Source of the DNA: the human T2T-CHM13v2.0 reference genome, Homo sapiens
NCBI RefSeq assembly: GCF_009914755.1
Contig: NC_060933.1
Length of the DNA: 64,000 nt
Direction: 5' to 3' (one strand)
Shown: piece after piece, positions 53,821-64,000 of the stretch
Position numbering within the stretch: the stretch's first letter is position 1
Layout of the letters: each line of letters begins with the position of its first letter
Position numbers and translations under genes: made by a program
The notes under the pieces: model-generated
Seen by the model: only the letters and a program-made list of their open reading frames with translations
Database searches by the model: none
What the model was told of the DNA's origin: nothing

Positions 53821-56399
53821 GCAATGGAACGGAATGGAATGGAATGGAATGGAATCAACCCGAGAGCAATGGTATGGAATGGAATGGAATGGAATGGAAT
53901 GGAATGGAATGGAATGGAATGGAATCAACCCGAATGGAATGGAATGGAAAGGAATCAACCCGAGTGGAATGGCATGGAATGGAATGGAATGGAATGGAAC
54001 GGAATGATACGGAATAGAATGGAATGGAACGAAATGGAATGGAATGGATTCAACCCAATTGGAGTGGAATGGAATGGAATGGATTAGAATGGAATGGAAT
54101 GGAATGGAATGGAATGGAATGGAATGGAATGGAATGGAATACAATCATTCCGAGTTGAATAGAAGGGAATGTATTCGAGTGGAATGGAAAGGAATGGAAT
54201 CACCCCTAGAGGAATGCAAGGGAATGGAATGGAATGGAAAAGAAAAGAATGGAATCAACTAGAGTGGAATGGAATGGAAAGGAAAGGAATGGAATGGAAT
54301 GGAATGGAATGGAATGGAATGAAATGGAACCAACTTGAATGCAATGGAATGGAATGGAGTGGAATGGAATGGAATGGAATCAACCCGAATAGAATGGAAT
54401 GAATTGGAATCAACCCCAGTGGAATGGCATGGAATGGAAAGGAATGGAATGGAATTGAATGGTACGGAATCGAATGGAATGGAAAGAAATGGAATGAAAT
54501 TGATTCAACCCAACCGGAATGGAATGGAATGAAATGGAAAGGAATGGAATGGAATCAACCCGACTGCAATTGAATGGAATGGAACGCAATGGAATGAAAT
54601 GGATTCAACCCAAATGGAATGGAATGGAATGAAATGGAATTGTGCGTAATGGAATGGAATGGAATGGAATGGAATGGAATGGAATCTACCAGAAAGGAAT
54701 GGAATGGAATGGAATGGAATGGAATGGAATGGAATGGAATGGATTGTACCCGAATGGAATGGAATGGAATGGAATGGAATGGAATTGTATGGCGTGGAAT
54801 GGAATGAAACGGAATAGAATGGAATGGAATCAAATCACATGGAATGGAATGGAATTGAATCAAACAGAGTGGACTGGAATGGAATGGAATGGAATGGAAT
54901 GGAATGGAATGGAATGGAATCATCCCGAATGGAATGGAGTGGAATGGAATGGAATGGAATGGAATGTAGTGGAATGGAATGGAATCAACCCGAGTGCAAT
55001 GGAATGGAATGGAACGGAATGGAATGGAATATAATCAACCCGAATGGAATGGAATGGAAAGGAATCAACCCGAGTGGAATGGCATGGAATGGAATGGAAT
55101 GGAATGGAATGGAAAAGAATAGAATGGAATGGAACGAAATGGAATGGAATGCAATGAACCCTATTGGAATGGAATGGAATGCAATGGAATGGAATGGAAT
55201 GGAATGGTATCATTCCGAGTGGAATGGAAGGGAATGTAATCGAGTGGAAAGGAAAGGAATGGAATCAACCCGAGTGCAATGTAATGTAATGTAATGTAAT
55301 GTAATGGAATGGAATGGAATGGAATGGAATGGAATGCAATCATTGTGAGTGGAATGGAAGGGAATGTAATCGAGTGAAATGGAAAGGAATGGAATCAACC
55401 CGAGTGCAATGGAATGGAATGGATTGGAATGGAATGGAATGGAATGGAATGGAATCTACCAGAATGGAATGGAATGGAATGGAATGGAATGGAATGGAAT
55501 GGAATCAAATGGAACGGAATGGGTTGTACCCGAGTGGAATGTAATATAATGGAATTGTATAGCGTGGAATGGAATGAAACGGAATAGAATGGAATGGAAT
55601 CAAATCGCGTGGAATGGAATGGAATGGAACTGAAACAAACAGAGTGGAATGGAATGGAATGGAATCAACCCGAGTGCAATGGAGTGGAATGAAATGGAAT
55701 GGAATGGAACGGAATCAACTCGAGTGCAACGGAATGGAATGGAATGGAATGGAATGTAATGGAATGGAATGGAATGGAATCAACCCGAATAGAATGGAAT
55801 GCAATGGAATCAAACCGAATGGAATGGCATGGAATGGAAAGGAATGGAATGGAATGGAATGGTACGGAATAGAATGGAATGGAACGAAATGGAACGGAAT
55901 GGATTCAACCCAATTGTAATGGAATGGAATGGAATGGAATTGTGTGGAATGGAATGGAATGGAATGGAGTGTAAAGGAATTGAAGAGAATCAACCCGAAT
56001 GGAATGGAATGGAACGGAATGCAATGGAATGTAATGGAATGGATTGGAAAGGAATGGTACGGAATAGAATGGAATCGAACGAAATGGAATGGAATGGATT
56101 CAACCCATTTGGTATGGAATGGAATGGAATCGAATGGAATGGAATGGAATGGAATGGAGTGTACAGAATTGAATAGTATTAACCCGAATGCAATGGAATG
56201 GAATGGAATGGAATGGAATCAACTCGAGTGGAACGGAATGGTATGGAATGGATTGGAATGGAATGCAATGGAATCATTCCGAGTGGAATGGAAGGGAATG
56301 TAATCGAGTGGAATAGAAAGGAATGGAATCAAACCGAGTGGAATGGAAGGGAATGGAATGGAATGGAAAGGAATGGAATGGAATCAACCCGAGAGAATT

Positions 56400-58970
56400 G
56401 AATGGAATGGAATTTAATGGAACCAACCCGAGTAGAATGGCATGGAATGGAATAGAATGTAATGGAATGGAAAGGTACAGAACAGAAATGAATGGAACGA
56501 AATGGAATAGAATGCACTCAACCCACTTGGTATGGAATGGAATGGAATGGAATTGTGTGGAATGGAATGTAATGGAATGGAGTGTAAAGGAATTGAATAG
56601 AATCAACCCGAATAGAATGGGATGGAATGGAACGGAGCGGATGGGAATGGAATGGAATGGAATAGAATGGAATGGAATGGAATGAACCTGAACAGAAACG
56701 AATGCAATGGAATCAATCCGATTGGAATGGCATGGAATGGTAAGGAAAAGAATGGAATGGAATGGTACAGAATAGAATGGAATGGAACGAAATGGAATGA
56801 AATGTATTCAACACAATTGGAGTGGAATGGAATGGAATGGAATTGTGTGGAATGGAAAGGAATGGAATAGAGTGTAAAGGAATTGAATAGAATCAACCCG
56901 AATGGAATGGAATGTAATGGAATTTAAAGGAATGTAATGGAATGGAATGGAATCAACTCGAGTGGAATGGAATGGATTGGAATGGAATGCAATGGAATGG
57001 AATATAATGGAATAGAGTGTAAACGAATTGAATAGAATCAACCCGAATGGAATGGAATGTAATGGAAATTAAAGGAATGGAATGGAATGGAATGGAATCA
57101 TTCCGAGTGGAATGGAAGGGAATGTAATCGAGTGTAATGGAAAGGAATGGAATCAACCCGAGTGCAATGGAATGGAATGCAATGCAATGGAATGGAATAG
57201 AAACTACCAGAATGGAATGGAATGGAATGGAATGGAATGGAATGGAATGGAATGTACCCGAATGGAATTGAATGGAATGGAATCGTATGGCGTGGAATGG
57301 AATGAAACGGAATAGAATGGAATGGAATCAAATCGCGTGGAATGGAATGAAATGGAACTGAATCAAACAGAGTGGAATGGAATGGAATGGAAAGGAATGG
57401 AATGGAATGGAATGGAATGGAATGGAATAATCCCGAATGGAATGGGGCGGAATGGAATGGAATGGAATGGAATGGAATGGAATGGAATGGAATGGAATGG
57501 AATGGAATCAACCCGAGTGCAATGGAATGGAATCGAATGGATTGGAATGGAATGGAACGGATTCAACCCGAATGGAATGGAAAGGAATGGAATCAACCCG
57601 AGTGGAATGGCATGGAATGGAATAGAATGGAAATGAATGGAATGGAATGGTATGGAATACAATGGAATGGAACGAAATGGAATGGAATGGAATGGAATGG
57701 AATGGAGTGGAATCATTCCGAGTGGAATAGAAGGGAATGTATTCGAGTGGAATGGAAAGGAATGGAATTAACCCAAGTGGAATGGCAGGGAACGGAATGG
57801 AATGGAAAAGAATAGAATGGAATCAACCAGAGTGGAATGGAATGGAATGGAATGGAATGGAATGGAATGGAAACAACTCGAGTGCAATGGAATGGAATGG
57901 AATGGAATGGAATGGAATGGAATGGAATCAAGCCGAATAGAATGGAATGAAATGGAATCAACCCGAGTGGAATGGCATGGAATGGAAAGGAATGAAATGT
58001 AATTGAATGGTACGGAATAGAATGGAATGGAACGAAATGGAATGAAATTGATTCCACCCAACTGGAATGGAATGGAATGGAATGGAATGGAATGGAATGG
58101 ATTGGAATGGAATGGAATGGAATCAACTCGAGTGGAATGGAATGGAATGAAATCAACCCGACTGGAATGGCATGGAATGGAAAGGAATGGAATGGAATGG
58201 AATGGTACGGAATAGAATGGAATGGAACGAAATGGAACGGAATGGATTCAACCCAATTGGAATTTAATGGAATGGAATGGAATTGTGTCGAATGGAATGG
58301 AATGGAATGGAATGTCAAGGAATTGAATAGAATCAACCCGAATGGAATGGAATGGAACGCAATGCAATGGAATGGAATGTAATGGAATGGTTCGGAATAG
58401 AATAGAATGGAAAGAAATGGAATGGAATGGATTCAACCCAATTGGAATGGAATGGAATGGAATGGAATAGAATTGTGTGGAATGGAATGGAATGGAATGC
58501 AATGGAATGGAACGCAATTGAATGGAATGGAATGGAATCAACTCGAGTGGAATGGAATGGTATGGAATGGATTGGAATGGAATGCAATAGAATGGAATGG
58601 AATCATTCCGAGCGGAATGGAAGGGAATGTAATCGAGTGGAATGGAAAGGAATGGAATCAACGCGAGTGGAATGGAAGGGAATGGAATGGAATGGAAAGG
58701 AATGGAATGGAATTAACCCGAGTGGAATGGAATGGAATGGAATGGAATGGAATGGAATGGAATGGAATGAAATGGAATCAACCCGAGTAGAATGGCATGG
58801 AATGGAATAGAATGTAATGGAATGGAATGCTACGGAGTAGAAATGAATGGAACGAAATGGAATAGAATGCATTCAACCCACATGGAATGGAATGGAATGG
58901 AATGGAATTGCGTGGAATGGAATGGAATGGAATGGAGTATAAAGGAATTGAATAGAATCAACCCGAGTGG
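56400..58970 (+). repeat. Module D'+D copy with a private 145 bp internal duplication
   Basis: Colinear with 41540-44030; TAGAGTGTAAA at 56868 and 57013 versus a single occurrence at 42021. Confidence 0.85.
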
Positions 58971-59899
58971 AATGGGATGGAATGGAACAGAGCGGATGGG
59001 AGTGGAATGGAATGAAAACGAATGGAATGGAATGGAATGGAATGGAATGGAATGGAATGGAATCAACTCGAGTGGAATGGAATGGATTGGAATGGAATGC
59101 AATGGAATGGAATGTAATGGAATGGAATCATTCCGAGTGGAATGGAAGGGAATGAAATCGAGTGGAATTAAAATGAATGGAATCAACCCGAGTGCAATGG
59201 AATGGAATGCAATGGAATGGAATGGAATGGAATCTACCAGAATGGAATGGAATGGAATGGAATGGAATGGAATGGAATGGAATGTACCCGAAAGGAATGG
59301 AATGGAATAGAATCGTATGGCGTGGAATGGAATGAAATGGAATAGAATGGAATGGAATCAAATCGCCTGGAATGGAATGGAATGGAACTGAATCAAACAG
59401 AGTGGAATGGAATGGAATGGAATGGAATCATCCCGAATGGAAAGGAGTGGAATGGAATGGAATGGAATGGAATGGAATGAAATGGAATGGAATGAAATGG
59501 AATCAACCCGAATGCAATGGAATGGAATGGAATGGAATGGAATGGAATGCAATGGAATGGAATCGAATCGAATCGAATCAATTCGAGTTGAATGGAATGG
59601 AATGGAATGGATTGGAATGGAATACAATGGAATGGAATGGAATCATTCCGAGTGGAATGGAAGAGAATGTAATCGAGTGGAATGGAAAGGAATGGAATCA
59701 ACCGAGTCGAATGAAAGGGAATCGAATTGAATGGAAAGGAATGGAATGGAATCAACCCGAGTGGAATGGAATGGAATGGATTGCAATGGAATGGAATGGA
59801 ATGGAATGGAATGGAAAGGAATGGAATCAAACCGAATGGAGTGGAATGGAATGGAATCAACCCGAGTGCAATGGAATGGAATGGAATGGAATGGAATGG

Positions 59900-60760
59900 A
59901 ATGGAATGGAATCATCCCGATTGGAATGGAGTGGAATGGAATGGAATGGAATGGAATGGAATGGAATGGAATGGAATGCAATGCAATGGAATGGAATGGA
60001 ATGGAGTCTTTCCGAGTGGATTGGAAGGGAATGTAATCGAGTGGAATGGACAGGAATGGAATCAACCCGAGTGTAATGTAATGGAATGGAATGGAATCTA
60101 CCAGAATGGAATGGAATGGAATGGAATGGAATGGAATGGAAAGGAATGGAATGGAATGGAATGTACCCGAATGGAATGGAATGGAATGTAATCTCATGGC
60201 GTGGAATTGAATGAAACGGAATAGAACGTAATGGGATCAAATCGTGAAGAATGGAATGGAATGGAATGGAACTGAATCAAACAGAGTGGAGTGGAATGGA
60301 ATGGAATGGAATGGAATGGAATGGAATGGAATCATCCCGAATGGAAAGGAGTGGAATGCAATGGAATGGAATGGAATCGAATGGAATGGAATGCAATGCA
60401 ATGGAATGGAATGGAATGGAGTCTTTCCGAGTGGATTGGAAGGGAATGTAATCGAGTGGAATGGACAGGAATGAAATCAACCCGAGTTCAATGTAATGGA
60501 ATGGAATGGAATCTACCAGAAAGTAATGGAATGGAATGGAATGGAATGGAAAGGAATGGAATGGAATGGAATGTACCCGAATGGAATGGAATGGAATGTA
60601 ATCTCACGGCGTGGAATTGAATGAAACGGAATAGAACGGAATGGGATCATATCGCGAAGAATGGAATGGAATGGAATGGAACTGAATCAAACAGAGTGGA
60701 GGGGAATGGAATGGAATGGAATGGAATGGAATGGAATCATCCCGAATGGAATGGAGTGGA
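59900..60760 (+). repeat. ~415 bp tandem duplication
   Basis: GTCTTTCCGAGTGGATTGG...GGACAGG at 60006/60421; ATCTCA(T/C)GGCGTGGAATTG 60191/60601; ATGGGATCA 60231/60641. Confidence 0.88.
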
Positions 60761-62039
60761 ATGGAATGGAATGAAATGGAATGGAATAAACCCGAATGGA
60801 TTGGAATGGAATGGTACGGAATAGAATGGAATGGAACGAAATGTAATGTAATGTAATGGAATGGAATGGAATGGAAAGCAATGGTATCATTCCGAGTGGT
60901 ATAGAAGGGAATGTAATGGAGGGGAATGGAAAGGAATGGAATCAACCCGAGTGGAAGGGAAGGGAATGGAATGGCATGGAACGGAATGGAATTGAATGGA
61001 TTCAACGCGATTGGAATGGAATGGAATGGAATGGAATCAAATGGAGTGGACTGGAATGAAACGGAATAGAATGGAATGGAATCAAATCGCGTGGAATGGA
61101 ATGGAATGGAACTGAATCAAAAAGAGTGGAATGGAATAGAATGGAATGAAATGGAATGAAATGCTATTAACCCGATTATAGTGGAGTGGAATGGAACCCA
61201 GTGGAATGGAATGTAAAGCAATGAAATGGAACTGAATGGAATGGATTGGAATGTAAAGGAATGGAATCAAACCTAGTGGAATGGAATGGAATGGAATGGA
61301 ATGGAATGGTATAAAATGGAATGGAATGGAATGAAATGGAATGGAACGCTATGGAATCAACCCGAGTGCAATGGAATGGAATGGAATGGAATGGAATGGA
61401 ATGGAATGGAATGGAATGGAATCAACCCGACTGCAATGGAATGGAATGCAATGGAATGGAATGGAATGGAATGGAATCAACCCGAATGGAATGCAATGGA
61501 ATTTAATCAACCCGAGTGGAATGGAAGGGATTGGAATGGAATGGAAGGAAATGGAATAAACCCGAGTGGAATGGAGTGGAACGGAATCGAATGGAATGGA
61601 ATGGAAAGCAATGAAATGGAATTGAATAGAATGGATTGGAATGCAATTGAATGGAATCAAACCTAGTGCAATGGACTAGAAGGGAATGGAATGGAAAGGA
61701 AAGGAATGGAATGGAATAGAATGGAATCAACCCAAGTGGATTGGAATGGAAAGGAATGGAACGGAATGGAAGGAAATGGCAAGAACCCGAGTGGAATGGA
61801 ATGGAATGGAATTCAGTGGAATGGAATCAAGTGGATTGGAATGGAAAGGAATGGAATGGACTGGAATCGAGTGAACCCGAGTGGAATGGCATGGAATGGA
61901 ATGGAATGGATTGGAATCATCCCGAATGGATAGGAATGGAATGAAATGGAATGGAATGGAATCAAACCGACTGGAATGGAATGGAATGGAATTGAATGGT
62001 GTGGAATGGAATGGAATGGAATGGAATGGAAAGGAATGG

Positions 62040-62770
62040 AATCAACTCGAGTGCAATGGAATGGAATGGAATGGAATGGAATGGAATGGAATGGAATGGA
62101 ATGGAATGGAATCAACTCGATTGCAATGGAATGGAATGGAATGGAATGGAATGGAATGGAATGGAATGGAATGGAAAGGAATGGAATCAACCAGAATGGA
62201 ATGGAACGGAATGAAATGGAATCAACCAGAATGGAATGGCATGGAATGGAAAGGAATGGAATGGAATGGAATGGAATGGTACAGAATAGAATGGAATGGA
62301 ACGAAATGGAATGGAATGGATTCAACCCAATTTGAATGGAATGGAAAGGAATGGAATTGTGTGGAATGTAATGGAATGGAATGCAGTGTAAAGGAATTGA
62401 ATAGAATCAACCCGAATGTAATGGAATGTAATGGAATGGAATGGAATGGAATGGAATGGAATGGAATCAACTCGAGTGCAATGGAATGGAATGGAATGGA
62501 ATGGAATGGAATGGAATGGAATGGAATGGAATCAACTCGAATGCAATGGAATGGAATGGAATGGAATGGAATGGAATGGAATGCAAAGGAATCAACACGA
62601 ATGGAATGGAATGGAATGAAATGGAATCAACCCGAATGGAATGGCAAGGAATGGAATGGAATGGAATGGAATGGAATGGTACGGAATAGAATGGAATGGA
62701 ACGAAATGGAACGGAATGGATTCAACCCAATTTGAATGGAATGGAAAGGAATGGAATTGTGTGGAATGGA
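62040..62770 (+). repeat. ~400-425 bp tandem duplication
   Basis: TTCAACCCAATTTGAATGGAATGGAAAGGAATGGAATTGTG at 62321/62721; paired ATCAACTCGA words at 62041+62111 and 62466+62531. Confidence 0.75.
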
Positions 62771-63054
62771 ATGGAATGGAATGCAATGGAAAGGAATCAA
62801 TTCGAGGGAAATGGAATGGAATGGAATGGATTGGAATGGAATGCAATGGAATGGAATGGATTCATTCCGATTGGAATGCAAGGGAATGTAATCGAGTGGA
62901 ATGCAAAGGAATGGAATCAACCCGAGTGGAATGGAAGGGAATGGAATGGAATGGAATGGAATGGAAAGGAATGGAATGGATTCAACCGAGTGGATTGGAA
63001 TGGAATATAATGGAATGGAATGGAATTGGATGGAATGCAATCATCCCTAATGGA

Positions 63055-63260
63055 ATGGAGTGGAATGGAATGGAATGGAATGGAATGGAATGGAACGGAA
63101 TGGAATCAACCCGAGTGCATTGGAATGTAACGGAATGGAATGGAATGGAGTGGAATGGAATGGAATGGAATGGAATGGAATGGAATGGAATGGAACGGAA
63201 TGGAATCAACCCGAGTGCATTGGAATGTAACGGAATGGAATGGAATGGAATGGAATGGAA
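63055..63260 (+). repeat. 100 bp tandem duplication
   Basis: TGGAACGGAATGGAATCAACCCGAGTGCATTGGAATGTAACGG at 63091 and 63191. Confidence 0.88.
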
Positions 63261-64000
63261 TGGAATCAACCCGAATGGAATGGAATGGAATGGAATGGAA
63301 TCAACCCGAATGGAATGGCATGGAATGGAATGGAATGCAATGGAATGGAATGGAATGGAATGGAATGGAATGGTACGGAATAGCATGGAATGGAACGAAA
63401 TGGAATGGAATGGATTCAACCCAACTGGAGTGGAATGGAATGGAATGGAATTGTGTGGAATGGAATGGAATGGAAAGTAGTGTAAAGGAATGGAAGAGAC
63501 TCAACCCGAATGGAATGGAATGGAATGGAACGGAACGGAATGGAATGGAATGGAATGGAATGGAATGGAATGGAATCAACTCGAGAGGAATGGAATGGAA
63601 TGGAATGGATTGGAATGGAATGCAATGGAATGGAATGAAATCATTCCGAGTGGAATGGAAGGGAATGTAATCGAGTGGAATGGATAGATATGGAATCAAC
63701 CCGAGTGGAATGGAAGGGAATGGAATGGAATGGAAAGGAATGGAATGGAATCAACCCGAGTGGAATGGAATGGAAAGGAATGGAATGGAATGGAAAGGAA
63801 CTGAATCAAACAGAGTGGAATGGAAGGAAATGGAATGGAATGGAATGGAACGGAATGGAATGGAATGGAATGGAATGGAATCAACCTCAGTGGAATGGCA
63901 TGGAATGGAATGGAATGGTACGGAATAGAAAGCAATGGAACGAAATGGAATAGAATGGATTCAACCCACTTGGAATGCAATGGAATGCAATGGAATTGTG

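Larger units (their letters stand above)
1..64000 (+). repeat. Human/hominid Satellite III (HSat3) pericentromeric-type array, (GGAAT)n with interspersed CAACCCGAGT; purine-rich strand is +
   Basis: GGAAT pentamer dominates from first to last base. ATCAACCCGA(G/A)T, the classical SatIII spacer, recurs every ~50-150 bp. It lacks the dense CATTCGATTC-type pattern of HSat2. Orientation is the same throughout and the array runs off both window ends. Confidence 0.97.

Noticed and set aside
13-63980. Hundreds of ORFs of 60-373 aa on both strands (longest 44266-45387, 30422-31405, 36666-37604)
   Set aside because: (GGAAT)n has no stop codon in any of six frames and supplies an ATG every 5 nt on +. 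The products are (MEWNG)n/(IPFHS)n, overlap in all frames and show no domain or codon structure. They are not genes.
1-64000. CRISPR-like repeat/spacer pattern (CAACCCGAGT recurring at intervals)
   Set aside because: The intervening sequence is the same pentamer rather than unique spacers, spacing is irregular, and there are no cas genes or leader.
1-64000. HSat2, alpha satellite, telomeric repeat or (GGAA)n EWS-FLI1-type microsatellite
   Set aside because: There is no 171 bp monomer or CENP-B box, no TTAGGG array and no tetramer GGAA runs. Long pure GGAAT tracts with CAACCCGAGT fit HSat3, not HSat2.
1-64000. Embedded Alu/L1/other mobile element or strand inversion
   Set aside because: No non-satellite stretch longer than a few tens of bp, no poly(A) tail or TSD, and no switch to (ATTCC)n was seen.
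1-64000. Assignment to a specific locus (DYZ1, D15Z1, 9q12) or HSat3 subfamily
   Set aside because: No regular 3.5 kb or 1.8 kb tandem unit is visible, and assignment needs k-mer comparison to reference arrays, which I cannot run.

Overview
The whole 64 kb is one uninterrupted classical satellite array of human/hominid Satellite III (HSat3) type: diverged (GGAAT)n on the + strand, punctuated by the diagnostic CAACCCGA(G/A)T motif and its variants. I see no inversion, transposon insertion, unique sequence, RNA gene or credible protein-coding gene. All ORFs in the track are translations of the stop-free pentamer ((MEWNG)n on +, (IPFHS)n on -). I found no new gene-based biological system. The informative signal is architectural. 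Rare variant words recur in a fixed order, forming sub-kb 'sentences'. On top of these lie nested duplications: local tandem copies of 20-570 bp, 2.46 kb and 4.6 kb tandem duplications, and a ~7.4 kb quasi-periodic D-A-B-C module series at 41-59 kb. Other signals are a (TGTAA)n microsatellite varying between paralogues, a CpG-decay series, a candidate gene-conversion patch, and a strongly conserved 5-bp register broken almost only by 1-nt deletions. Duplication boundaries were read by eye from landmark k-mers and are approximate (tens of bp). Chromosome and HSat3 subfamily cannot be assigned without alignment.
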